Assembly: GCF_009914755.1 (NCBI RefSeq)
Contig: NC_060937.1
Reading direction: 5' to 3' (one strand)
Length of the DNA stretch: 64,000 bases
From: the human T2T-CHM13v2.0 reference genome, Homo sapiens
Shown: positions 16,503 to 30,428 of the stretch, piece by piece
Position numbering within the stretch: position 1 is the stretch's first letter
Layout: each line of letters begins with the position of its first letter
Translations under genes and position numbers: made by a program
Notes under the pieces: generated by a model
Told to the model about the DNA's origin: nothing
The model's database searches: none
What the model saw: the letters and a program-made list of their open reading frames with translations, nothing else

Positions 16503-17375
16503 GAAAGAGGCTGCAATACAGTATTATCACATAAGGACTCTTCATAAAGGTGAAAGTCATTTGTCTCAAGAGAATCATAAAGATCTTCCTATCAAAGTTA
16601 ACCTCTAAGATCTCTGAAGTAAAAAGTATTGGGAATTTACCTGAAAGGCAGTCAACAGCAGAGCATTCCAGTCACTTGTTAAAATATTCATTTCCATTTC
16701 AGCTTATAGAGTTGCTAGCAGAAGTAATTAAACTTTTGGTTAGAATTAAACCACAAAAAGCAGGGCATGAAAAGTCAGCATTTGTTTCTCCAGGTACAGT
16801 ACTTGCTTATTGTAATATCCACATAAGATAAGACAATAATACTCCTAAATTGCACTCTAAAGAGCTCTCAATTACAATCTCAGAAAAAAGGAGCTCCAAC
16901 TTCCCATTCATGAGAGGAGTCCATTCAGGAAGCAGACCTACTTACATAGCAGCCAAGGAAAACCACAGCAGCTAGTCAAATAAACCAAGTCTTTTTTCCT
17001 TCAATCTGACTCAAAAAACAAACAAGAAAAAGCTAATAGAATGAAGTAGAGAGATCAATTTAAACAGTTAGATTAAAACAAAAATAATCAAGGAGAATAA
17101 AAATGAATTGTTAAAGGAAGAAAATATGCATTCATAAAAAGCATGAAAAAGGATACGATAATAAGGAAGAGTCAAATAAGATAATTGTCAAGGAAAAACA
17201 AAAGACTTCTAAAGATAAAAACTGACATAAGCCTTCAGAATAAAATGCTTTGTATTATTAGTATATGAATTTGAAAAAGACACCCTAAAATACAGTGTGA
17301 CAAAATTAAAGAATATTAAAGCTTCTAGAGAAACACACATCTCCACTCATAAATTTTAACTCCCAAATAAAAGCT

Positions 17376-18360
17376 TGTGTCTGGCTCCCGAACTAGAGCA
17401 GGAAATATACACAAAATGATGCTATAGCATCTTCTAGTGCTAGTAAGTAAAAAGGGTACAAAAAAAAAAAAAAAAAAAAAAAAGATTGGAGTGTTTCAAA
17501 GGTACAAAAGAGTTAACTGACAGAATTCCCAAAGGCCAAAGCTGAAATAAGTTGAGCAACAAACTAGTATTGATTGCAACTCAACATAGAAAACAAACAT
17601 TCATAAGTTTATACTGATATAATGTTATATACAAATGATTGAATAAACAAATAAATAAAGGGGAACACAAAGATATTCTAAGCAGAAACATTCCAAATCA
17701 TTTATGTGGATATTTGGCCTTCAAAAAAGGTGGAACACAACTACTGACTTCTTAAGTGTGGGCTGCACATCTTGACTTCTTAATAAAAATCACAGTAGGG
17801 AAATAAGAAAAAAATAATTTTACAGTTGAGAAACTTGACAGTCCTCAACCATGGTTCAACCTCAGCAGTCACAAATCATGTTGATAGTATGGACCCTTGA
17901 TATAAATGAAAGATAATGGCACTTTATCTTTGTGGTCTTCCTCTCAAAATTCCACAACCCTAGTCCAGTCATAAGAAAAACACCTGAAAAATCCTAATTG
18001 AGGGACATTCTGTAAATCCCTAACCAACACTCCTCAACACTCTCTATGTTATCAAAAACAATGAAAGTATGAAAAAACTATCATAGCCAAGAGAGGCCTA
18101 AGGAGACATGACAACCAAACAAAATGTGATATCTTGTATTGGATCTTGGAACAGAATAAGGACATTAGGTATAATTAATGAAATTAATAACTATGTATCA
18201 CTGTGGGTACATGAAATATCACAAATACATCATACTAATGTAATAGGTTGATGATAGGAGAAACTGAGTGTGTGGTATGTGGGAACTCTATAGTAGCTTC
18301 ACAATTTTTTGTAAATCTAAAATTGAATGAGCAATAAGTTTAATATTTAAAAAATTAATT
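17376..18360 (+). mobile_element. L1MC/L1MD-like 3' UTR
   Basis: cctaattgagggacattctg...gcctaaggagacatgacaacc...ggatcttggaacagaataaggacattagg...gtatgtgggaactct...tttttgtaaatctaaaa. Confidence 0.75.
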
Positions 18361-21300
18361 ATAAAACAGTTGAGTTACCTAAGTGCAACTATCAACCTGA
18401 CAACAGATTTTCTGTCAGGCACACCAAGTGTTAGAGGAAATAATTCAGAGAGAAATTATTTTTAATATATAAATGAACGTACCAATAAATTTCCTACTAT
18501 TATGTGTTTTTGATATTCCATTCTTCCTTTAAATGAATTTATATGGGGATATATTCTAGCCAAATAATAGAGAAAAATTGGGGGAAAAAAACCCAGAATA
18601 CTGAGGAGTGTAGTTCTAACCAAGAAAAATAATGAAAAGAAGTCCCAGAATGATGCTTTGGCAGAAAGCCTTTAAATGAGACTTCAGTGATTGAAGAAGA
18701 GGGCAGGAGGCTTCTTGGAAGGGTGATCACCAATGAAGAGATTTCCATGCAATAGAGAAGATAACTCAATATGGATACACCCAAAGATGGGAGACTGCAT
18801 ATTGTTACGTTTAATAATATAAATTTATGAATTTAAAATCAAGGAAAATCAAAACCAGGAAATAAGAAATTGCTACCAAATGTATAGGGTCATTATGTAT
18901 GCCATTGGGCTTTGGGAGAAGGAATTGTGACACTAATATTCTTCTTTCCATAGCAAAAATTATTTGCAAAGTAGCATAAATCACATGAATTTTTATATTT
19001 TAGAATCAACCTTTTTTCCAAAACAGGAATAAGTACTGTGACAAAACTATATAAATCATGGCAAAAATTATAAAACCCCAACAATATAAATGTTTACACA
19101 TTCAGATTACTGCATTTTTATAGTTATGAATTTGATTACCCACATAGCACATATTGTTGAGAATTTATGAAATAATTTTCTTTTCAAAAAATCTCTCATT
19201 TTTAAATTCGTAGGTGAGAATATACATTCCTAAGTCTATAGAGGAAATATTAAAATTCATTATGAATTATCATTTTATTACAAAGAAATTTATATGTCAA
19301 ATTCTATGAAATTTGTTTTTCTGTACTGCCTTCTCAGCATACATTTTAGCAGCTAAACTTACCTGATTACAAAGAAAAAGGATGCTATGCTTTTATAAAT
19401 GATGCCATCTATGAACAAAAACATAACGCTGAAAACAAACTTTGCTATGTATCAGCAATATCTCAATATAAACAGAATTTGGCAGGGGCAAAAAGTTGGC
19501 ATTGAATTTATGAAGAGAATCATAGTAAAAAACAAAAACTTGTTATGAGTCTACGGTCACATCATTTTTCCTGAGTTTGACAGTGAATAGATTAAATTCA
19601 AAACACATATTTGTGGGTGAACACCTGCACCAGATTCTATGTTAGTTATTAATGATATAGGTATAAAAAGGTTCTCAGCTCTTTCTTCAAAACCAAACAG
19701 TTAAATAGAAGAGGCAGACATGTAAAACATTCTTATGGTCCTTTTGGTAGATGTAAACGTAATCCAGATTTAAGCTGAGGTTTCTCTGACAATTGAAATC
19801 TAAATATAATTTAAAGCAACCCTATTCATGTTTTGTCCACTATTTCTCCAAATACTGGAAGGTTTAGGTTATGTCATGGTCTCTCTAGCTCTTTTTTTCC
19901 CCTCCTGTCTGAATGTATATTCTCCAACCCACAGCTTTGCCTTTATTTCTGATCTGGCATAGAGTAGAAGTTGGATCTTGGCCCCTTTTCATAATTAATA
20001 TAGACAAATCCAACAAAATAAACAAACCAAAAAAGACAAAAATCAACTACCTGTCCCTGCGTATTGCACAAACCCATAAGTTCATTTTTGAGGTGAGTCA
20101 CAGGGGATTTGAATAGCAACAAAACAAATAATTTAATTTTCAGTTTCAGACATTCCATTTCTCAAAAGTACTGCAGTCAGTTTGCCATGGTTCTCAGCCA
20201 ATTCACCACTCTCCTCTTCACTCTAAGCTGCTTCTAAATTCCTTTTCTTTTTTAAGGCAGAGGGCATTAGCTATCTTGTATTGCCTGTCTCCTCAGGAAA
20301 TTACTTTCTCTCATGAACTCTCTTTTTATTTCAATTGATTTATAAAAGTGCTTTACTAAATGACAAGTGTTCTCTCCCCGTAAGTTTCTCTTAAAAGATC
20401 ACAGAATTATTTTTTCTTGTAGCTGCAAGTTAATATAAGTTAATACATGAAAATAAACATGAATAATGAAATGAGAATAGGTAACATATATTGAACTCTT
20501 AAAAATATGCCAGTCAAATTTAAAATTACATCACATAAATTATACATACCCAATGATGTAGATATTGTGCTGATATTTTCATCCCGTACATTATTTTTTA
20601 ATTCACTGAAATTAAAATTGCAAAAGCAATTATGGTTCAGCAAAACTGTATGAACTTTGGGAAATGATATTTTTCTAAAAGGGGCACATCTAACTTTAAG
20701 TGTGAAATATATTGGAAGTATCCAAAGCATACAGAGTGTAGGTGGGAATTTGTGAAGAAGGGAGAAGAATTTTAAGTACAAAGACATTAAAACAGCGTGG
20801 TTGATATGGAGAGGCATAAGGATCTCAAAATTGATAGCGTATTACTTGCCATAATAAATGGGTATGAGGTTGTGAAGAGTATAGTTTGAAGAAGCAGTCA
20901 TAAGCTAGAGCATAATAGAATTCCTTAGGAGAAAACACTAAGGATATTGATATCTATTTTAAACTCTTTAGAAGCTGATGAGATTTATGCTATGTACAAA
21001 GTCGTAGATTATTTTCATAAATCTACTTTTAAAGTGTGGAAAAACTTAGAAGAAAAGCAAGGTGACACTACAGAATACCATCAAAGATGATGGTATCAAA
21101 GAAGAATATGCAAAACTATTATAATAGGTTAGCAAATGCACAAAACCCAGAATATATATTTGTACTTAGTACCAGTTATTTTATATCAATGTTCCTGAAT
21201 TACATAAATATTTACATTATTCTTGAAGTTAAAGGCAATCTACCACTAAATCAGGACATACAAAGCCATTTACATCATTTTATACTTTATTACTGGATTT

Positions 21301-21827
21301 TGCAGGTGGTAATTTGGATTTTCAAAAGTTGAAAATGTTGAGTAGATATTTTATGTTTTATTTCTGTGAAATGCAGTAAGAAATATTACTTTACTTTGCA
21401 GATAATACCAACAGAAATGATAAGAGTTCGTTTTAAATCACAAAAATGTTAGAATATTTGCTTGTAATTTCAGAAGAGAAGTCACTGACAAAATATGAAT
21501 GTGAAAATCATGTTTTCAACATTTTTTCTGCAAGGTATATACTAATCTTCAAGTTCTGCTCATATGGAATTGTTGCTTTTTAAATAAGAGTTTGAATCAA
21601 ACACACTTACATATAATCAATAATTATATTTTCATAATCAAATTTCAAAAATATTTAGTCTATATTCTGTATATTTTCTTAGGGATTTAAAAAGTTATTT
21701 AAAAAGTATTATTTTTCACAGCTTCTTTTATAAGAGCATGTCATGTAACTTTTAAGTTTCAAAAATGAAGTACACTTAATAAAACTGAAATGAAACTAAT
21801 AAAAAAAAATATAACAACTCTTTCACA

Positions 21828-21829
<2 letters not shown>

Positions 21830-21863
<34 letters not shown>
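21830..21863. repeat. (TA)n microsatellite
   Basis: Uninterrupted TA run. Confidence 0.95.
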
Positions 21864-21865
<2 letters not shown>

Positions 21866-22849
21866 CATTTTGATTATGAACATGATTGCTTTGCCATGGA
21901 ATTGTTTATATTCTAGAGGAGTGATTCTTATCTGGCATATCATGGCACCCCTCAGAGACACAGCTGCCACTTGACACATCATAAACTTGTATGGGATCCA
22001 AATAAAATTTAAAATCATGCAAACAAATGTTATGAACTAGACAAATTAGCAGAGGAAACTTTCAAATTCCATTTGGGCATAAAACAAACTTCACATAATA
22101 TTATTCAACATAGTAACTCAACAGGCAAGTGCTAGCACTACTAGTGATGCTATGTACATTTTACAATATTAGCATAGCTATATTGCTTTAGGAGAAAATG
22201 AACTTGAAAGATTGACAAAATTATTTTAAAATTTATAAACTATTCATTTTGTGTAATGATTCCCTCAATTCAGTAGCCTCTTTTAGCGACAATCTGACTC
22301 TTTTTTTCCTTAATTGTTTCAATGAGTTCAAAGAAGTAGTAAATATTGATGAAAGTTGAGAATACAGAAGGGCAGAGATTTAAGTGGCAATGTTTCAGAA
22401 ACTGATTTGAGGTGAACAGATTGTCCAGCCTGGGCTCAAGCAGAGAGCACATCTGAATGCCACAGTTTCTCATGGCGAGTTTTGATTAATTAATCTTAAT
22501 TTAGTGCTTAGAGGTCTTTGAATATTTAATGCTGGTCCTGATTCAGGAGTGTTGAAACCTTATAAACAATCATCCATCAGGATGTGATGTGATAGTTATT
22601 TTGTGGCCTGATATTCATTTTCAACTTCTACTCATCTATATGCAACAGAGATAATGTCAACAACTGATATTTATTCCAAAACAGCATCAAGAAAAACATT
22701 CATCAAAATACAGAGTTGAGCTAGTACTCTGCTGTTGAAAGGGTTAATGAAAAACAATCTTGAATTAAACAAATTAAACACACTCCTGACTTGTTTATTT
22801 ATTTTACTTTATTATTAATTAATCCTTGGTGTTCTTTTGGACCCAGCCT

Positions 22850-23045
22850 AATGTAGTACTTACAAGCATCATTTATTATTCTAAGTGTGATACATACATA
22901 TATATTTACCTTAGTTGTATAACAGGTACTATAATTATCCTCAGTTTAGACACGAAGTGGGAAAATGTATGTAAATAGCCTGATGCATTAACAATCCAAA
23001 AGGGTGAGGCTGAAGTTTAAACCTAAACATTCTGGTACTAAAGCA
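22850..23045. mobile_element. MIR-like fragment
   Basis: aggtactataattatcctcagtttagacacgaag...gaggctgaagtttaaacctaaacattctgg. Confidence 0.55.
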
Positions 23046-24489
23046 CCATATTGTGTTTATGCGTATATATGCACACAATGACACGCACACAATGACACAC
23101 ACACACATATAAAATACACTACATACACATATAAATATTTACACTATATGTGTAAAATAGTCTGTGTATATGTCTACATGTATATATCTGAGCATAACAC
23201 TAGGTTGGGTTAATTTCCTCCCCCTTTTTAACCTATGACTGTTAGTTAAATATTAATCTCTCCTATAGAGATAGATTGTAATACCCATTACAATTTAAAA
23301 CACTCCAAAATATTTAGCATATATATGTTCTCTTGTAGTTTTATGATTTATTTGAATATCATGTGTATTAGTATGCACAATAAGGTTTCAACCACTGCTT
23401 TATACCTACAGAAGACTAAAATCATAAAAATTTTCTTTCTAAAACATTTAAAATATACTCTGTAAAGCCAATGATTGTATTATCTAAATGGGCTATCATC
23501 ATATAGAAGAATTTTAATGACTTATGTGTAGCTATATGAATATATTTTAGAGCTTTATCGATTATGCTTGGTATGTTGCTTGCATTTTGCCTACTTTATT
23601 AAAACCAATATTACTGTTAAGACAGAGTTTCCTAGACTTACTGCATTATGACCCTTTGAAAATTACAATCTTTTGCAGGAAATTGATTGCAGCTAAAAAT
23701 TAAATATGTGCTTAAATAGCAGGAATATTATAAACAAAATTATTATTAGAACTGATAAATACATTTAATGTGTATGCTTTAAAAATTTTCTAATCATTAA
23801 GATATTGAAATCAAATGTTCTTTATGTATTAAAGTAACGAAATCACAATAAATTCAATACTTTAACCTTAATACTTTTGTTATAAAATATGACATACACA
23901 CCAACATTTTTAATGAAAGCAGTTTTTACTCTTTAGTATGAATCTACTTATTATATTGTATAAGTATGAGAAATTGTAGTATATCATATCACTTGTAGCA
24001 ACAATTATTTTCCAATGCTCAGCTTTCATCCCAGCATAAAATGAAAAAAAAAAAAATTTTGAACATGCAACTTGAAGCCATTTCTTCTTTTACAGAATTT
24101 GAGTATTTCCACTTTTTATGTTTAATGAAATTTTATCATGTGAAGTTTATCAATAACATTGTCTTATAAGTAAAAAATGTGCATTTTTCTTATAAATTTA
24201 CACTTTTTAATGTATAAATTAAATAATTAAAGCTCTTTTTCTTCAGGTATATGTTATGCATTGATCCATGGAAAGAAACTGAGAAATAAGTGAATGTGGG
24301 ATAATCTAGAAAGAGTTTTTATTTAAGTGGAAAAGATATATATTCCTGATTTAAAAGTAGGGATAGTCTTATGAGATTTTAATTTGGATAAATTTTGTAG
24401 ATGACCAGAAAATTATTTAAAACAAAGGTAGAACTGTGCCATATTTTACACTCATTTGTCTATTATATTGATGTAACCTGGAGCAAAGG

Positions 24490-24625
24490 CCTAATTAGTA
24501 TTGACTTTAGGTCACATCCATAGCACTGCAGGTTGCCGTGGCAATAGTAATCTACCTGACATTACTGACATTATAATGAGCATAAAAATGATGTAAATCA
24601 TAATTAAAGTGAATATTAATTACTT
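24490..24625. promoter_or_regulatory. Candidate enhancer: RFX X-box plus homeodomain TAATTA sites
   Basis: GTTGCCGTGGCAAT 24532-24545; TAATTA at 24492, 24601 and 24617; motif evidence only. Confidence 0.4.
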
Positions 24626-26166
24626 ATCTTGATCTTGGGGGACAGTCTGGGAATGCATTTTAAAGCGTTTATAATGAAAAATAGCTATAAAGTCATGCTG
24701 TAGGAAATGCAGGTAGTTTACAAGGTTTAATCTCTGACTGTATGCTCAAGACAGATTGAGCTTCTATTATGGACGTGAATTTGTTTTGACATCTGACTTT
24801 GTTTGAAGGCACTGTAGGTAATAAAATGTGTTGTTGTTTAATCTATTCTTCTGTCACTCATTTCTCCACGGAAGGGCCATCAGTCAGGAAAATAGTTAAC
24901 TTGTCAACCTGTGGACATTTTCCTGAGATAGGACTGGTTGTACCAGCCAACTTCATGAATTGTGCATTTCACACTAAGAGTATGGTTTGAGTCTGACCAC
25001 ATGAGATATATATCATTTATTAAATTGGTTCATGTTTTATGATGACAAAAAATAAAATATATGTAAAGCTGTTTCTCTGAGGGGTGTCATGATACAGCAG
25101 ATATAAACCATTGTTTATGAACCTTTTTTACAGTTTAATTATATCTGGTTTTTATGCCTTTGGAACTTTTAAATATTAAAATCACAGTTCTTTTCATGTT
25201 TACCTTTATATTAGTGGTGAAAACTAAGGATTTAAAAATTATTTAAAAGCATAATGACTCAAATAATCAAGCATTGTATCAACATATGAATTCATGTCAT
25301 ACAGATTTTTATTTTGAGAAGAATGCATTTAAATAATAGCAGCCATGGAATTACAGTTTTCTTTAATTGTTTTGTGTCATATGACATTCAATAATGTAGT
25401 ATGATGTATTATCATATAAATTATGCAAAGCTTAGTAGCCAAGAGAAACCATTTAATTTTGCTCTGGAATTTGTGGAACAGTGTTTCAGGAGTTGAGTTG
25501 GGCCCTTCATCTGCAAACATGATTCACTTGCTGCCATTTAGCTGGTCACTCACCTTGACTGGGAAATTCAAGACAGCTTAACTTATTAGCCTCTCACTTG
25601 TGCTAGGAATGACTGAGACAATGGAGGTTGGACAAAATCTCTCTTTCCCTTTACATGTTCTTTCTGTATGACAAATTTTGGCTTCCTCACGGAATAGGCT
25701 TTCTCAGGGTATTTACACTTCTTATATGGCAGTTTAAAATGTTCCAAGAGATCTACATGAAATCTGCAACAGTTCATGTAGCCTAAATTCAGGCTGCATT
25801 CTTCCATTTTTACGACATTCCTTTGGCAACATAAGGATAGTCTAAGTGAATATGAAAAGATGTGGTTCATTGGGGACCATTATAGACTGTCTATCTCAGT
25901 CGGCCTTCTCAGCCCCAGAGATTTTTATCCCTTCCATGTGCAAAGTACACTCATCCCTTACAGAAACCCCCAAAAGTCTCATTTCATTATAATAGCATCT
26001 CAAATGTTATGGAGCTCCTGGTCTTGTTAATGTGCACATAAGTTTCCTTGGATATAATTTCTTAATCACAATTTCTACAAATCTCATATTTTGCAAACTT
26101 AACAACAGATTATCTTTGACTGAAAGATTCAATATACAATGTTGAGATAGAGACAATATATAACAC

Positions 26167-28457
26167 CATACTAGTCTGTTTTCATGCTGCTGATAAAGAC
26201 ATACCTGAGATTGGGCAATTTACAAAAGAAAGGGGTTTACTGGACTTACAGTTCCACTTGGCTAGGGAGACCTCACAATCATGGCAGAAGGCAAGGAGGA
26301 GCAAGTCACATCTTACGTGGATGGTGGCAGGCAAAGAGAGAGTGCTTGTGCAGGGAAACTCCCTTATATTACCATCAGATCTCATGAGACTTATTCACTC
26401 TCACAAGAAGAGCCCGGGAAAGACCTGCCCCCATGATTCAATTACCTCTCACTGTGTTCCTTCCCATAACACATGGGAAGTCCAGATGAGATTTGGGTGG
26501 GGACACAGTCAAAACATATCATTCCTCCCCTGGCCCGTTCCAAATCTCATATCTTCACATCTCAAAACCAGTCATGCCTTCCCAACAGTCCCCCAAAGTC
26601 CCAACTCATTTCTGAATTAACTCAAAAGTTCACAGTCCAAAGTCTCATCCGAGACAAAGCAAGTCCCTTCCACTTATGAGCCTGTAAAATCAAAAGCAAG
26701 TTAGTTACTTTCTAGATACAATGGGGGTACAGGCATTGGGTAAATACAGCCATTCCAAAAGAGAGACATTAGCCAAAACAAAGGGGCTACAGGCCCCGTG
26801 CCAGTCTGAAATCCAGCAGGGCAGTCAAGTCTTAAAGCTCCAAAATGATCTCCTTCGACGCCAAGTCTCACATCCAGGTCATGCTGATGCAAGAGGTGGC
26901 TTCGCATAGCCTTGGGCAGCTCCTCCCTCTGCCTTTTCAGGGTACGGTCTCCCTCCTGGCTGCCTTCACAGGCTGATATTGAGAGTCTGTGGCTTTTCCA
27001 GGTGAATGGTGCAAGCTGTTAGTGGATGTACCATTCTGGATTCTGGAGGCTAGTGGCCCTCTTCTCACAGCTCCACCAGGTAGTTCCCCAATAGGGACCC
27101 TGTGTGGGGTCTTCCACTCCATGTTTCCCTTCAGCACTGACCTAGCAGAGGTTTTTCATGAGGACCCCACTCCTGAAGCAAACTTCTGCATAGGCATCCA
27201 GGTGTTTCCATACATCCTCTGAAATCTAGGCGGAGGTACCCAAACCTCAATCCTTGATGTCTGTGCACTCGTAGGCTCAACACCATGTGGAAGCTGCCAA
27301 GGTTTGGGGGCTTGCACTCTCTGAAGCCACAGCCTGAGCTCTACATTGGCCCTTTTCAGGCATGGCTGGAGATGCTGGGACACAGGGCACCAAACCCCTA
27401 AGCTGCACACAGCACAGAGACCCTGGGCCCAGCTCACAAAACCACATTTTCCTCCTAGACCTCCAGGCCTAGTGATGGGAGAGGCTACCTTGAGGACTTC
27501 TGATGTGTCCTGGAGACATTTTCTCCATTGTCGTGGGGATTAACATCTGGCTTCTCATTACTTATGCAAATTTCTGCATTCTGCTTGAATTCCTTCTCAG
27601 AAAATAAGATTTTCTTCTCTATCGCACTGTCAGGCAGCAAATTCCTGAACTTTTATGCTTTGTTTCCCCTTTAAAGCTGAATGCCTTTAACAGCACGCAA
27701 GTCACATCATGAATGCTTTGCTGCTTAGAAATTTCTTCTGCCAGATACTCTAAATCATGTCTCTCAAGTCCAAAGTTCCACAAATCTCTAGGGCAGCGGC
27801 AAAATTCCTCCCAGTCTCTTTGCTAAAACATAACAAGAGCCATCTTTGCCCCAGTTCCCAGCAAGTTCCTCATTTCCATCTGAGACCACCTCAACCTGGA
27901 CTTCAGTGTTCATATCACTATCAGCAGTTTGGGTAAAGCCATTCAACAAGTCTCTAGGAAGTTCTAAACTTTCCCACATTTTCCTATCTTCTTTTGAGCC
28001 CTCAAAAGTATTTCAACTGCTGCCTATTACCCAATTCCAAAGTCATTTCCATGTTTTCAGGTATATTTCTTAGCAGTGTGCCACTCTACTGGTACCAATT
28101 TATTGTAGTAGTTAATTTTCAGGCTGCTAATAAACACCTACCCAAGACTGGGCAATTTACAGAAGAAAGAGGTTTATTGGACTTACAGTTCCACGTGGCT
28201 AGGGAGACCTCACAGTCATGGTGGAAGGTAAGGAGGAGCAAGTCACATCTTATGTGGATGGCAGAAGGCAAATAGAGAGCTTGTGCAGGGAAACTCCCCC
28301 TTATATTACCATCAGATCTCATGAGACTTATTCATTCTCACAAGAACAGCACAGGAAAGACCTGCCACTATGACTTGATTACCTCCCACTGGGTTCCTCC
28401 CACAATACGTGGCAATTGAAGATGAGATTTGTGTGGGGACACAGCCAAACCATATCA
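26167..28457 (-). mobile_element. Full-length THE1 (THE1B-like) MaLR provirus: LTR 26167-26521, internal 26522-28103, LTR 28104-28457
   Basis: Two ~355-bp direct repeats ending ggggacacag.caaa.catatca; typical THE1-int (aaaagttcacagtccaaagtctcatc, gcctgtaaaatcaaaagcaagttagttac). Confidence 0.95.
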
Positions 28458-29879
28458 CACAATAGACACTCTCAGTCAAAAAGTGGAACTGAGGTTGTGA
28501 AGGAAGGTACACAGAAGTGAATCCAGCTGAGAATATGATCAGTGACTAGTGCCCAGTCATGCTTCCTTGGTGTAAATTGTGTGGCTATTGGACCTACTGT
28601 CTGCTGTATTTCAATAGAGTACTATTCTAGTATTCTAACTTTTTAATAAAAAATGTTTTCAAATAACTTCTTCAGTTTGTTATTCCCTACAGAAATTTGG
28701 ATATCCAAAGGCCTCTTTTCATTTCATATTTTGAGTTGAACAAGTATACCTACTTTAAAAATATTTTGGGTTTCTATGTACTCAATTATAATTCATTTTA
28801 TTATTAATTTTTACATTACTTAACAAGACCAATTATCTTTACATGAAGCTGAGAGTCAGGGTGCTATTTTACAATGCCCTTAAGAGATTTAAAAGCCATA
28901 TTGGATAGGCCCATGAATTCTTCTGGGGTCTGCACAAAGGCTCTTACAGCCACACAGCTGACATTTTAGCCCTGAGGCTATGTTTACTGGTGTCCCCTTG
29001 GACTTGATCTCCACCTTTATTCCATTTCTTAGTTTAAAAGTCTTTTGCAACAAAAAAATGGATATGAGAAGCAGTCGCATTTGTAAAACCAGCAAGTCTT
29101 GCTGGTGTATTTTCTCTAATATTTTTTCAAAAATTAAACCAATACTTATTTAATTCATTCTTTCTCATATTTTATCATTAGAAGCTAGAAGACTAGGGGA
29201 CTTCTTTGATAATGCCTGAAATATCCCCTGTGAGATACAAACATTTATGAGATCATTTTTTCTATTTTCCATGTTATACAGCAAACAGCAAATAGTTTTG
29301 ACAAACTTCTGCTAGTACATTAGAATGTTTCTGTTTTCTTCAGACTCCAAGACCATTTTTCTCACTCTCCTTCAAGCCTTCAACAACAGCCTTACTGAGG
29401 CCCCTACAACTGTTGTGAACATTCTCTTTCAGGACCTTTTAGTTTCCACCTGCCACCATTATAAAAAGTGTTATATCTTTTTGGCATTTTTATAACACTC
29501 CAGTTCTGTTACCAATTTCTGCTCCTTATTTATTGTGGTGTAACAAACTGATTTGAAATTTAGTAGTTTAAAAATATTATGTCAAGAATTTTAGTAAAGC
29601 TCAGTTGAGCAATTACTTGGATCCATATCACATTAAATTTGGCGATATTCAGCCAATAAGTGTGCTGGTATAGAGGAGCCAAGGCAGCTCAGTTTCCATG
29701 CCCGGCATCTGAATTGGGATGATTAGTAAAACCAGCAGTAGGCTAGCATTGGTGTATCTCAATGTAGCTTTTCCATATAATAAGCTTAGGCTTCTAAAAT
29801 GGAGTGGCCATCCAGCGTGGAATGTAGCCACATTACAGCTTAAGATGTAGCAAAACAACACGAGACAAAACAAAAATAA

Positions 29880-29897
29880 CACACACACACACACACA
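29880..29897. repeat. (CA)n microsatellite
   Basis: cacacacacacacacaca. Confidence 0.9.
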
Positions 29898-30139
29898 AAA
29901 GGAAAAACAGAAAGAGGGAAAAATATAAATAACTGACTTTTCTCTTCATTTTTATTTTCTTCTGGTGTTTGCCCTTGGTTCAATCTAAGTAAAAGCAAAA
30001 GTAAGTAAAAGTCACAGAGCAAGCATGCCTAGTTAATGCAGTCTATATGGATCAAAAGGGTAGTTTATCTAGAGTGTTATGTAGAAGAAAAACAGAACAA
30101 TTCATTAGCTTTTTTGTTCAACAATTAGTCTCTTCCATA

Positions 30140-30425
30140 AGTTGAAGAAAGTTTTATTCCCATTACCATGAATATAAAAAATTACTACTAGCTTCTGTAT
30201 CATTGGACAGGTGAAAATTCAATTTTCATCTCTAGTACTAGAGTTTATGGTGTTGGGAAAAATGTTTTCAGCAGTGAAGGTACATGTTTATCCACATAAT
30301 GTAAGTACCTGCTAGAAGACACATTGCTGCCCCTTCCATGAAAGCATGATACAATGTGATTCTTCTCATAGGGCTCCACAATGGCCTCTGCTGTGGACAA
30401 GCTGGGCTCTAAAAATGGAGGTGGA
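30140..30425 (-). pseudogene. ERVL pol integrase remnant
   Basis: Minus-strand translation CPQQRP (30382-30399) and SWKGQQCVF (30315-30341) resembles ERVL integrase CQQQRP and SWKGQRFVL. Confidence 0.7.
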
Positions 30426-30428
30426 ACC

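Larger units (their letters stand above)
25395..30137 (-). mobile_element. Old MLT1-type MaLR provirus (LTRs ~25395-25900 and ~29520-30137 plus internal sequence), interrupted by THE1
   Basis: Two MLT1-like LTRs; MaLR internal motifs (cccttccatgtgcaaagtacactc, atacaatgttgagatag); internal/LTR junction actccagttctgttaccaatttctg parallels the THE1 junction ccactctactggtaccaatttattg. Confidence 0.6.

Noticed and set aside
26182-28512. Dense cluster of overlapping ORFs suggesting an operon or gene
   Set aside because: All lie in the GC-richer THE1 LTR and internal sequence; the duplicated peptides reflect the two LTRs
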